Assembly: GCA_046757165.1 (NCBI GenBank)
Contig: JBHHXT010000150.1
Span: 1-12,051 of the forward strand
DNA from: a bacterium
GTDB lineage: Bacteria; Zhuqueibacterota; Zhuqueibacteria; Oceanimicrobiales; Oceanimicrobiaceae
Reading direction: 5' to 3'
DNA length: 12,051 bases
Below the pieces are notes generated by a model. That model was not told where the DNA came from. It made no database searches and saw nothing but the letters and a program-made list of their open reading frames with translations. Below are positions 1 through 8,996 of the stretch, one piece after another (position 1 is the first letter of the stretch; every line of letters starts with the position of its first letter). Both the position numbers and the translations under genes were made by a program.

Positions 1-1883
1 AGAATATATTGGCGCTTGAAGGAGGAGGATTCAAGTTTGTGCAGCTCCGCAATAAACTCCCACCGTTCAGCGATGAGTCGCTGGATGGCCGCCACGAAGG
101 ACTCGCATGACTTGCACCACATACATGTCCGCTCCAGATCGGTGGCAAAATCTGGCCAAAGACGGGTTTGTTCGGGATCGGAGTACAGAATCATCGGTTT
201 CCTCAGCGCGATGGTCTCGACCCAGGCTGAGCTGACCGCGGGTGTATCGGTGATGATGATGTGCGCTTTCCGGATCAATTCCTCCAAAGGCCCGGTGGCC
301 TCGACCTGGACTGAGCGCAGATTGGCCAGCTCCAGCCAGCGTGTGGTGCCATCCCGGGCCACCTGATGTCGATATGGACGGTAGGTGACACGCAGATGGT
401 CACTCCGGTCCAGGAGCTCCAGGCATTGCTTTTGGAGTAACACCCTGCTGGTATCTTCAAAGTCGAACGGACCACCAATCGTATTCCCGGTGGTCACAGC
501 GGCTATCCAGAGAACATGGATGGCTTTGTTGGCGCTTGGTATGGAGCCAAAGGGGAGCGGAAGCATCGATTCGACCCTGGCGGAGCCGACCGGTACATAT
601 CGCGCTCGCGTCGGGAAAACAGGCTGCAGGGGCGGCCGGATGCCCGTGCCATAGGTCAGGAAATAGTCGGCGTGCGCCAGCTCAGTTTGCTCATGCGGGA
701 CCCACCGCTGTGTGCCATAGTTCGGCCCGTGCTGGTAGCAGACCACGGGCACCCCTCGCTGCCGGCACCAAAAGGCAAAACGCTTGGCTGCCAGCGAGGG
801 CATGGAGTAAAAACAGACCGCGTGCGGTCTGGCAATGTCCAGAGCGCGATTCGCGACAACATCGGTGTGACGGACAATCGCTGGACTGAGGGATACAAGC
901 GCACGCAAATAGTCGAGCAGGACAGAAAACAGATTCATCCCCAGGATGTTCAGCTCCACAGGCGTGGGCCGGTCTCTCAGCCACTCATCAAACAGGCGCA
1001 ACAGGACCGGCGCTTCCGCTTCGTCGGTCTGCGGCAATGGTGGATTCAATTCATGCGTGACGCCATTCCATAAGTGACGCAGGGTTGGCACATAATAGTA
1101 TGTCCACTCGCGCGTGTCCAGATGCGTCGCGTCAATCGAGAAGCACTCGACACTTTTTCTCAATCGCAGGGCGGCCAGCACAGGCGCCCAGTCATAGCCG
1201 AGACTCTCTGCAAATAACAGTCGCAACCCGGCAAGGTCGCTCAAGTGAGACCCATTGCTGCGTATCGATTGAATCAGCCTGAACGCTCTGCGCCTGGCGT
1301 AGCGGGACGCACGCTGCATAAACTGAGTCGAACGATTTGCAGCACTGCGAATCTCCAGTTTTGAATCTGGTAGCGGACCCTCTAAGACCTCGAGCCGAAA
1401 GCCCATTTCGGCGGCCAACTCCACAAGCACATCTACCCAGGGATTGCGTTTATACCCATCCCCGGAGAACCAGGGGTCAATGTTGCCCACAAACACGGTG
1501 ACCACCTGTGGCGAGCACACGCGGATGGTTTCGCGCATCAAGAAACCACGTGTGACAACCGCTGATACTGAAAACTGCAAGTAGTATCCCTGCCCGCTCA
1601 AGAAGCCAGGACCCTCAAAACGGGCATCCGGATGCCGGTGTGCAATGAAGGACTCGATTTCACGAGCGAGGGAAAAACTCTCCCGGTTGATTTGGTCCTC
1701 CACGGGAGCCAGTTGCCGTGTGTCAGCGTAAGCGGCAACCGCCTCATGCGGTAAACCGGCCTCCTCGAGCGCCTGCAGCGCGTCAGCGGTCACCGCAACT
1801 AATTTCGTTGCGGGAGTCAGCGTCAGCGATTGCTTGATCCAGTCGGCTTGCGCCCGGTCTTCCACAAAAACCAGATGTCTCAC
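1..1883 (-). CDS. Putative GT-B-fold surface-carbohydrate transferase (LIC12162-like; candidate nonulosonyl/glycosyltransferase), 3' end outside the window
   Basis: My manual translation: GTG at 1883 with GAGGAG 10 nt upstream, then 627 codons without a stop to the window edge (MRHLVFVEDRAQADWIKQSL...HKLESSSFKRQYI). The C-terminal half has GVPVVCYQHGPNYG, ADYFLTYG, YVPVGSAR, VTYRPY and IIITD...SSAWVETIALRKPMILY, a motif order typical of GT-B proteins in glycan loci. Same strand as, and 28 nt downstream of, asnB. Confidence 0.8.
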   Translation of the reverse strand, partial: MRHLVFVEDRAQADWIKQSLTLTPATKLVAVTADALQALEEAGLPHEAVAAYADTRQLAPVEDQINRESFSLAREIESFIAHRHPDARFEGPGFLSGQGYYLQFSVSAVVTRGFLMRETIRVCSPQVVTVFVGNIDPWFSGDGYKRNPWVDVLVELAAEMGFRLEVLEGPLPDSKLEIRSAANRSTQFMQRASRYARRRAFRLIQSIRSNGSHLSDLAGLRLLFAESLGYDWAPVLAALRLRKSVECFSIDATHLDTREWTYYYVPTLRHLWNGVTHELNPPLPQTDEAEAPVLLRLFDEWLRDRPTPVELNILGMNLFSVLLDYLRALVSLSPAIVRHTDVVANRALDIARPHAVCFYSMPSLAAKRFAFWCRQRGVPVVCYQHGPNYGTQRWVPHEQTELAHADYFLTYGTGIRPPLQPVFPTRARYVPVGSARVESMLPLPFGSIPSANKAIHVLWIAAVTTGNTIGGPFDFEDTSRVLLQKQCLELLDRSDHLRVTYRPYRHQVARDGTTRWLELANLRSVQVEATGPLEELIRKAHIIITDTPAVSSAWVETIALRKPMILYSDPEQTRLWPDFATDLERTCMWCKSCESFVAAIQRLIAERWEFIAELHKLESSSFKRQYI

Positions 1884-1911
1884 GATCCCAAAACTCCTCA
1901 ACCTGTCTGTT

Positions 1912-3825
1912 TCACAATGAATTCAGCTCACACCAGATGTTGAGATTGATGTATTGCCAAAAGAACATGGAATGATTGATTCCCGACAAATGCTCCTGAA
2001 AAAGTCTCTGGCTGGCTTGCCGGTCATAGATGGCCTCGTTTACAAATGACTTCCGACGGAGCAAGTCCTCGATTTCGCGGCGATTTTCTGTTCGGAACCA
2101 TTGGTCTGCCGGGGCATTGTGGCCAACTTTTTCCTTCCGGGCCCTGACTTTTTCTGGCAGGATGCCCTTCATCGCCTCACGCAAGATCCATTTGCCCAAA
2201 CCTTTGCGAATTTTGTACTCATTGGCGATGCTGAAGCAGAATTCAACCAGCCGGTAATCCAGGAAAGGAACTCTGGCCTCGATCGAATGCGCCATGGTGT
2301 TTCTGTCTTCGGCCTTCAGAACCGGCGGCACGGTTTCATAGAAAAGTTCCAGGTACAGCCGCCGCGACAAATTGCCCTCGCAGGGCGACGCGATGACCGG
2401 GTTCCTGGCGTGGGGCAGAATTGCCGGCGATAGCGCGACTAAGTATTGGGAATACTTGTCGATTTCGACCTGGTTGTTCTGGCTCAGCTTGTCGATGTAG
2501 GCCCGTTCGCGATCATACTCCGCCGGGTCCCGGCCATGATTCTTCAGCCAGGCTTGTCGCTCAGCCGCGCAGTTGCCACCGGCGGCGCGGATGTCGCTGA
2601 AATGATAGTGGTAATGGTCCCAATACCCGCCCAGCAGCTCGTCGCCGCCGTGTCCGGTGAGAATTACCGGGATGCCGCACGCAGCAATTTGCTTGGTGAT
2701 CAGATACAGGCTGTACCAGCTCACCGTGCACACAGGTTCATCATGAAAGGCGATCATTTCCTTCAGGGTCGGGAAGAGCGCTGCAGCCGAGGGATAAAAG
2801 AACTTTGACTCGACACCGGTCTTGTCGACGACGGCTTCAATAAACTCTCTTTCATCATAGTATCCGTTGCCGGTCACCGCCGAAAAGGTGGTCATATCTG
2901 TTTTGGATTCGACGGCCAGACAGGTGATCGAGGTGGAATCCATGCCCCCGCTCAGCATGCAGCCCACGGGCACATCGCTGCGCAAGCGAATCTTGACGGC
3001 GCTGCGCAAGAGATCCCTGAACTGCTCGACCAGGTCGTGCTGCGAAAGCGTGGCGCTCAAACTTTCCCTTGTCCTGAGCGTCCAGTAAGCCTGGCAAGTC
3101 GTCGAGCCGTTGGAATCGATTTTCAAAAAGCTTTGTTTGGGAACCTGAAGAATGTCTTTGAAGAAGCACTCATCGTCATTGTCAACCAGGCGGTAGTGGC
3201 GAGCCGCATAATCGACCACCTTTCTGGGATTGATTTCACGGGGCACGCGAGGATGTTCAAGAAGCGCCTTGAGCTCTGAGGCAAAGATAAGCACCGATGC
3301 GTCCTGGTAGTAATAAAGGGGTTTTTTGCCAAACCGGTCTCTCGAGAGAATGAGCTGGTCTGAACGGAGATCATAGATCGCCAGCCCCCACATGCCATTG
3401 AATCTTTCAAAACACCGGGTTCCCCACTCCAAATAGGCTTTGAGAACCACTTCGGAGTCGGAGGTGGAATGAAACCGGTGCCCCTTCTTCTCCAGAATTT
3501 TGCGCAATTCGACGTAATTGTAAACTTCGCCATTGAAGGCGAGCCACACCTTGCCATCGGCACCGGCCATGGGGAGATGTCCCCGCTCCGACAGATCAAG
3601 AATACTCAACCGCCGGTTGCCGAGGCCGACGCTTCCCTCATTCAACCGGGTTTCGTCCTCTTCAGACCGAAAGGGCGAGGCGATTTGCCGGCCAGGGTCG
3701 AGCAAGACGTACCCCCAGTCGTTGGGCCCTCGATGCGCCAGGGCGGTCGTCATTCTGACGATGTCACTTCTGGAAATCGAACTTTGACGCGGAGCAAAGC
3801 TGTAAAACCCGGCGATTCCACACAT
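1912..3825 (-). CDS. asnB: Asparagine synthase (glutamine-hydrolysing)-like amidotransferase, glycan-locus type (WbpS-like)
   Basis: MCGIAG N-terminus (Ntn nucleophile Cys), HRGPND, NRRLSILD, FNGEVYNY, SDSEV, RDRFGKKPLYY, PP-loop LSGGMDS, GHGGDELLGGY, EARVPFLD. Start moved from 3834 to the ATG at 3825 so that Cys is N-terminal. Confidence 0.93.
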   Translation of the reverse strand: MCGIAGFYSFAPRQSSISRSDIVRMTTALAHRGPNDWGYVLLDPGRQIASPFRSEEDETRLNEGSVGLGNRRLSILDLSERGHLPMAGADGKVWLAFNGEVYNYVELRKILEKKGHRFHSTSDSEVVLKAYLEWGTRCFERFNGMWGLAIYDLRSDQLILSRDRFGKKPLYYYQDASVLIFASELKALLEHPRVPREINPRKVVDYAARHYRLVDNDDECFFKDILQVPKQSFLKIDSNGSTTCQAYWTLRTRESLSATLSQHDLVEQFRDLLRSAVKIRLRSDVPVGCMLSGGMDSTSITCLAVESKTDMTTFSAVTGNGYYDEREFIEAVVDKTGVESKFFYPSAAALFPTLKEMIAFHDEPVCTVSWYSLYLITKQIAACGIPVILTGHGGDELLGGYWDHYHYHFSDIRAAGGNCAAERQAWLKNHGRDPAEYDRERAYIDKLSQNNQVEIDKYSQYLVALSPAILPHARNPVIASPCEGNLSRRLYLELFYETVPPVLKAEDRNTMAHSIEARVPFLDYRLVEFCFSIANEYKIRKGLGKWILREAMKGILPEKVRARKEKVGHNAPADQWFRTENRREIEDLLRRKSFVNEAIYDRQASQRLFQEHLSGINHSMFFWQYINLNIWCELNSL

Positions 3826-3834
3826 GGGCACCAT

Positions 3835-4179
3835 CTACTCCTTTCCGAACCACTCATCGAGCCAACAAATGATCTTGTTCTGGTTTGCTTGCAGGTAGGA
3901 TTCAAACGCTTCGATCTTATCTTCCTCAACCGCATTGACAAAAAGCTGATTGTGCTCGTTGGTGACCAGGGCAGTTTTGAACCCTTGTTTTCTCAGCCTC
4001 GAGTTGAGCGACGGCGCCAAATAAAAGCCCCAGCTGGTGGCGGTAAAATCACACTCCCGGCCGGAAGCGGTCCGGAAAGTCACCATTTCTTGCGGTTCTA
4101 AATGGATCTTGCCGCGGTCATAGATATCAAAGCCCTTGACCGTAAACACCCGGGGTGTGTCCAGGAATTCTGTCTTCAT
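3835..4179 (-). CDS. Hypothetical protein, 114 aa
   Basis: ATG preceded by a GGGGA SD-like sequence. Fills the gap between two clear genes on the operon strand and has a protein-like composition (WGFYLAPSLNSRL). Confidence 0.8.
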   Translation of the reverse strand: MKTEFLDTPRVFTVKGFDIYDRGKIHLEPQEMVTFRTASGRECDFTATSWGFYLAPSLNSRLRKQGFKTALVTNEHNQLFVNAVEEDKIEAFESYLQANQNKIICWLDEWFGKE

Positions 4180-4194
4180 AAGCGTATCCCCGTT

Positions 4195-5319
4195 TCAGTC
4201 TTGCAAATGATTAGGAATATACCACTCACCCTTGTTGTCTCTTTGCCATATTTCTGTATTTCTGTATTTTTCCAATATTCTGCTCAGCGTGCTTTTCGTG
4301 TAGCCGAGATAAGAAACAAAGTCATCCAGATAGGCCGCAGAAAGCGGCTCCAAATCGTACTGTCGCACCAGGTTCTTTGCCTCCTCCCGCGAAATTCGAC
4401 CATTTCTGATGTCCTCACAGGCATGGTCGGTTGCCCGGCCGTAGCCAAACTTCAAGACTTTCAGGTACTGGTGCAGTCTGTTTATTTTCTCATCGATTCC
4501 GACATAATTCCGGTAGGTGCCCTCTTTGTGACCTTGTAATGTCCTGAAGCCATATTGTCTCGCAATTCTCAGGTGCTCTTCTGAATCCCAGTAGAAATAG
4601 AAACTGCAAAATACGGCCTGAATGCCGGAGGTTTCAATTTCATCAGGAAAGTCATAATACTTGAGCATATCATAGGGGATGTTGTACTTTTCACCGATTC
4701 GCTGTGCCGTCAATTCCTTGTTGGCCGCATATTTGTTAAACCACTCCCGGGTGATGTTTTTGTCATTTGCTATTTTCTCATCGCCGCCATATTCGAATGC
4801 CGAGTTCTCCCCTAGCAAGACCAGAGGCACTTTTAGCTGCAGCGCGATCCAGAGCGGGTAGGCGTGCAACAAGGTGTGTGACATCAGGTCCGGATCCCCA
4901 TAATCTTCTAAGCCGATTCTAGTCAGGCGATTATGCAGAACCTGCTCCGGCTTGTAGATCATGAGGTGTGCTTCCATGTTCTGGGGAATGAGGTTGAGAT
5001 TGTAGTGCCCGATCTCGGTCTTGATGCCATAGTCGATGTTGACCGCCAGTATTCTCAACCCTTTTTGTTGTAACCGATGCACTTGAGTGATACTATCTTT
5101 GCCGCCGCTGACCGGCACCAGAACATCATAGAACGGCGCGTGTTGGGCTTTGATCTGTGAAACAAGCTCATAAAACTCCCGCTCTCTTGCCTGCCAGTCG
5201 ATGCTGTCGAGCGCATCCTGCTTACGTTGATGCGCGATACAAGCATTGCAAACGCCCTGTTTATCAAAAGAGATATAGGGCTTAGTATTGGGCATGAGAC
5301 AGTGTGTGCAGTACCTCAC
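4195..5319 (-). CDS. N-acetyl sugar amidotransferase (WbuX/WbpG/PseA/PtmG-like, PP-loop family)
   Basis: N-terminal CTHC...GVCNAC Cys pairs, YDVLVPVSGGKDS PP-loop, GENSAFEYGG, LKFGYGRATDHACEDIRNGRISREEA. GTG start preceded by AGGAG in the tail of the upstream gene. Confidence 0.9.
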   Translation of the reverse strand: MRYCTHCLMPNTKPYISFDKQGVCNACIAHQRKQDALDSIDWQAREREFYELVSQIKAQHAPFYDVLVPVSGGKDSITQVHRLQQKGLRILAVNIDYGIKTEIGHYNLNLIPQNMEAHLMIYKPEQVLHNRLTRIGLEDYGDPDLMSHTLLHAYPLWIALQLKVPLVLLGENSAFEYGGDEKIANDKNITREWFNKYAANKELTAQRIGEKYNIPYDMLKYYDFPDEIETSGIQAVFCSFYFYWDSEEHLRIARQYGFRTLQGHKEGTYRNYVGIDEKINRLHQYLKVLKFGYGRATDHACEDIRNGRISREEAKNLVRQYDLEPLSAAYLDDFVSYLGYTKSTLSRILEKYRNTEIWQRDNKGEWYIPNHLQD

Positions 5320-5322
5320 AGC

Positions 5323-7119
5323 TCATCTCCTCGTAATCAGGAAATCACCCAAAAGCAAACCATCCAACTCCGAGTTGTCCATGGTGGTCATGGCTTCTCC
5401 GGGTCCCAGGACGATGGGCATGCCGTGGAGATTGAAACTGGTATTCAAGATCCCGCCCACACCCGTCATTCGCTCAAACTCCTTGATAATTCGATAATAG
5501 TCGGGATTTCTTCTCTTTTCCAGAATCTGAGGTCTCACGGTGAAATCCGCAGGATGAAGCGCCGCAATCAGCTCATCTTGCGCCTTTTTCGTCGAGTCGA
5601 ACGCCATTGTCATAAACGGGGAGGACAACCGTTTGGGATTGACCACGTAATCTTCTTCCCGTTCCGAAAGGATGGTGGGCGTGAAAGGCATCCAAAAGTC
5701 GCGGAACTTGATTTGCGAATTGATCTTTCTAACCACAGACCACTTCCTCGGATCGGCCATGATCGAACGGTTGCCCAGGGCTCGCAGTCCGAACTCCATT
5801 CTGCCGCAACACCGCGCAATCACCATCCCCTCGGTCAGAAGTTTGGCCACATATTCTGCTGTCACACCTTTCTCGACACCATATTTTTGCTCGACTTTCA
5901 GCTCCCGCAGCACTTCTTCAATCTCATCGTTAGCGTATTCGGGGCCGAGGTAAATATTGTCGAGCGGCTTGATGGCCTTGAACATTCTGCCGTTATTCTG
6001 TTGATGTTCCCACATCACCCTATAACAGGCGCCTAACGGAAGCGAGGTATCGCCTGCCGCCGGGACGACATAAATCTCGTCAATAGAATCCAGCTCTGCA
6101 ATTCGCTTGCACGCCTTGATGTTTTGGGCCACGCCGCCCGAAAAGACAATTCGCCCCAGGTTTGTGTTTTCATAGCAGGCCCGGGTCCATTCGACCAATC
6201 GATTCTCCAGGAATAATTGCAAGCCACCGGCAATGCCATCAAAACGATGACCCTCCAGCTTGTCCCGGAACCAAAAATACAAGTCTTCGGGTTTCTTGTC
6301 ATAAACGATGTCCAGGTTTTCAACTTTCAAGATATCCTTGAAGACTCTGTAGCTCTTTTCAACTTCCTTGACGTTGGCGTATGGTGCCAGCCCCATGACT
6401 TTGTATTCATGCTGAGCCGGTTTCATGCCCAAGATAAGCGTGATATACTGGTAGATATGTCCAAGATGATTCTCCAACGTACTCGAAAGCTCTTCTTGTT
6501 CGGCTGCATCAAAAATTGTCACCGTCCCATTCGAATAATCGCCAACACCTTCTGAGGTCAGAGACAATACTTTCCCACGCAATGGGCTGCCAAAATAGGC
6601 GTAGAATCGGTGGCAATCTTCATGCGTGACCGTCCGGACTTTTTCTTGTGCGATTTCCAGCTTCTTGCTCACAATTCGGCGGCGAATGCGCGCCATTTCT
6701 GCCATCTCATCCGGGTCCATGTAGCCGGTGAGAAGATGGTCCATGGGGTAGGTCTGGTCATATTGAAAGCCTTGACGATTCCGGTATAACTCATAGTAGT
6801 TGGCCTCCCGGTGCTCGAACAGTTTTGGCTTCCAATATTTGTGTTGCTCCTCCACCCAATCGTCCACGCTGAAGTTGGCGTTCCGTTTGATTTTTGTTAA
6901 AACGGGATTCCACTTATGCGAGGCCAGGACCACCTCATCTATGTCATTGGTTTTTGTTCCAGTCTGACGAAGGATGGCAGCGATCGCTTTTTCGGGATAG
7001 CCGTAGTCTCCTTTGAGACCCGTAAACCGTTCTTCCTGTGCCGCGGCCACGATTTCGCCATCGATCATCAAAGCTGCCGACGCGTCATGCGCTTCCTGAA
7101 TGCCGAGAATAATTTTCAT
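5323..7119 (-). CDS. Carbamoyltransferase (NodU/CmcH/TobZ family)
   Basis: ILGI..AHDASAAL, AAAQEERF, EYKVMGLAPY, SGGVAQN, PAAGD, YLGP, GRMEFGLRALGNRSI, LNTSFNLHG.PIV; consistent with a Kae1-like plus YrdC-like architecture. Confidence 0.93.
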   Translation of the reverse strand: MKIILGIQEAHDASAALMIDGEIVAAAQEERFTGLKGDYGYPEKAIAAILRQTGTKTNDIDEVVLASHKWNPVLTKIKRNANFSVDDWVEEQHKYWKPKLFEHREANYYELYRNRQGFQYDQTYPMDHLLTGYMDPDEMAEMARIRRRIVSKKLEIAQEKVRTVTHEDCHRFYAYFGSPLRGKVLSLTSEGVGDYSNGTVTIFDAAEQEELSSTLENHLGHIYQYITLILGMKPAQHEYKVMGLAPYANVKEVEKSYRVFKDILKVENLDIVYDKKPEDLYFWFRDKLEGHRFDGIAGGLQLFLENRLVEWTRACYENTNLGRIVFSGGVAQNIKACKRIAELDSIDEIYVVPAAGDTSLPLGACYRVMWEHQQNNGRMFKAIKPLDNIYLGPEYANDEIEEVLRELKVEQKYGVEKGVTAEYVAKLLTEGMVIARCCGRMEFGLRALGNRSIMADPRKWSVVRKINSQIKFRDFWMPFTPTILSEREEDYVVNPKRLSSPFMTMAFDSTKKAQDELIAALHPADFTVRPQILEKRRNPDYYRIIKEFERMTGVGGILNTSFNLHGMPIVLGPGEAMTTMDNSELDGLLLGDFLITRR

Positions 7120-7137
7120 GATTCCCTATGATTCCCT
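7118..7137. repeat. Perfect 10-bp tandem duplication ATGATTCCCT x2 over the carbamoyltransferase RBS and start
   Basis: 7118-7127 and 7128-7137 are identical; the minus strand reads AGGGAATCAT-AGGGAATCAT-G. Confidence 0.75.
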
Positions 7138-7140
7138 TCG

Positions 7141-8964
7141 TTAGAGATGGTTTTGTTCGAGAAATATTTTGGAATTGATAAAGCTGAAAAGGAATTTGCT
7201 ATAGCTGTTTGGAAGATGTGTTTTATCGAGCAGCTGTTCGATTTTCTGTTTATGGACTACCTCGAATATGGGGCTATCGTCCAACAAGAATTCCCGCTCT
7301 GACTTTGAGCTGAGATTTACGATTGAATGAATGGAGGCATTGAACCCCTTCTTTCTTCGATCCAGGCGAACGCTATCGTTCAAGATTCCCTTGACGGCCT
7401 CACGCAGAATATATTTCCCATAGCCCTTCTGAATCAGAAGCTCGTTTGGAATAGCGTACGCGAAACTGAATAGACGGGAATCCAGATAAGGACTTCTGTT
7501 CTCAAGGGAATATTGCATGGAATTCAGATCGTCTTCATGGAGAATGACCCGCGTGCCTTCGTAGAAGACTTCGTTCAGCATGCGATTTCTAAGCAGAGAA
7601 TCACAGAAGCGGGCTTCAACAAAGTCCTCAGAGAACTCTTCTTTCACGTAGGTTGCGAATTCATCATTGTTGAGATAGATATGTTTGCGAAAGGCCGGGG
7701 CCTCAAAATACAATTCCGGATTCTTCAGGAAGGGATTGCGAACCATGCCACGCACATACTCGTTCCAGTTGCGCAGGCACTGCGGATAATCCGGATGGTT
7801 TCGCATCTCATAGAGATGCAGATTAAAATGGTCGTAATACCCCGTCAGCAATTCATCCGCGCCGGTGCCCGAAATCGCCACTCGATAGCCGTTGCGGGAT
7901 ATTTGCTCTGACAGAAAGGAATGAATGTAGTATGAAATCGTGTACACAGGCGCGTCGTGGTAGTGCACCAGGGCGCGAAGCCGGTCGATCGCCTGCCCGT
8001 GGGTGAGCTCAATGATCGTGTGTTTACATTGCAAATCATCGAGGGTCGATCTGATGTTGTCATATTCATTGTACCGTTCATCAGGATCGATGATTGAAAA
8101 GGTCGAGACTTCATAGCCGAGTTGTTTGGCTGCGATGGAGACAAGCGCAGATGAATCGATGCCCCCGCTGAGGCAGAATGCCAAAGGAACGTCTGACCGC
8201 AGCCTGAGTTTGATGCTCTCGCTCAAATGGTGCCGGACACCCTCGACCGCCTCAGCCACCGTCATCTCCCGCGGGGCATGCACCGGATTCCAATACCGGG
8301 TGACCCGCAGCCCCAGCCTCTCGTCAACAGTCAGGTTGGTCGCGTAGTCGACTTCTTTGACATTTTCAAAAAAGGTCTCTCGAGTTTTGTAAAGCGACTT
8401 ATAGCCGTTGACCAAATACCGAAGCATCTGGTTTTGATTAACGGTGAAAGGTGCACCGGAAAGCGCTTTCAAGAACTTGATTTCTGAACCAAAGAAGAAG
8501 CCATCGTCCGTCCGGGTGTAGACCAGCGGTTTTTCAGCAAACCGGTCCCGGGAAAGCAGAAGCTGTTTTCTTCTCTTGTCGTAGATTGCAAAACTCCACA
8601 TGCCTTCAAAATACTGCACACACTCGTCACCATAATGAAGATAGTACTGCAGCAGCACCTCGGTATCCGAAGCCGTGCGAAATCCGACACCCTTTCGCTT
8701 CAATCTCTTGCGCAGCTCAACATAATTGTAGATTTCACCGTTGAAAACGAGTGTGCAATCATCGATGGTAAACGGCTGATTTGCCCGCTCATCAAGGTCG
8801 ATGATGCTCAGCCGGGAGTGTAAGAGCGCGATATTCAAGGGAGGCGCAGAGAACATGAAAGAGCCGCGATGGTCCGGACCCCGGTTTGCCATCAGCTCGA
8901 GGGTTCGCTCTATTGTCACTCTGTCGAACGGCGCGTGTCCAATATATCCCGCAATTCCACACAT
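7141..8964 (-). CDS. asnB: Asparagine synthase (glutamine-hydrolysing)-like amidotransferase, glycan-locus type
   Basis: MCGIAG, NRGPD, HSRLSIID, FNGEIYNY, SDTEV, RDRFAEKPL, LSGGIDSS, SGTGADELLTGY, ENRSPYLD, KKGF. Confidence 0.93.
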   Translation of the reverse strand: MCGIAGYIGHAPFDRVTIERTLELMANRGPDHRGSFMFSAPPLNIALLHSRLSIIDLDERANQPFTIDDCTLVFNGEIYNYVELRKRLKRKGVGFRTASDTEVLLQYYLHYGDECVQYFEGMWSFAIYDKRRKQLLLSRDRFAEKPLVYTRTDDGFFFGSEIKFLKALSGAPFTVNQNQMLRYLVNGYKSLYKTRETFFENVKEVDYATNLTVDERLGLRVTRYWNPVHAPREMTVAEAVEGVRHHLSESIKLRLRSDVPLAFCLSGGIDSSALVSIAAKQLGYEVSTFSIIDPDERYNEYDNIRSTLDDLQCKHTIIELTHGQAIDRLRALVHYHDAPVYTISYYIHSFLSEQISRNGYRVAISGTGADELLTGYYDHFNLHLYEMRNHPDYPQCLRNWNEYVRGMVRNPFLKNPELYFEAPAFRKHIYLNNDEFATYVKEEFSEDFVEARFCDSLLRNRMLNEVFYEGTRVILHEDDLNSMQYSLENRSPYLDSRLFSFAYAIPNELLIQKGYGKYILREAVKGILNDSVRLDRRKKGFNASIHSIVNLSSKSEREFLLDDSPIFEVVHKQKIEQLLDKTHLPNSYSKFLFSFINSKIFLEQNHL

Positions 8965-8996
8965 AATCGCTACGGTCTTGCAAAAAAGTGCAAAAT

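Noticed and set aside
16..1282. Short ORFs listed in the first 1.3 kb
   Set aside because: All overlap the long minus-strand frame 1..1883, which has an SD and family-like motifs.
3826..3834. MVP N-terminal extension of AsnB
   Set aside because: Ntn amidotransferases need an N-terminal Cys, so the ATG at 3825 is preferred.
5227..6036. 269-aa plus-strand ORF (also 3469-4101, 4102-4539, 7513-7911)
   Set aside because: Antisense to genes with clear family motifs and has no recognisable motifs itself.
8978..8993. TTGCA-N6-TGCAA inverted repeat upstream of asnB
   Set aside because: A 5-bp stem is within chance expectation.
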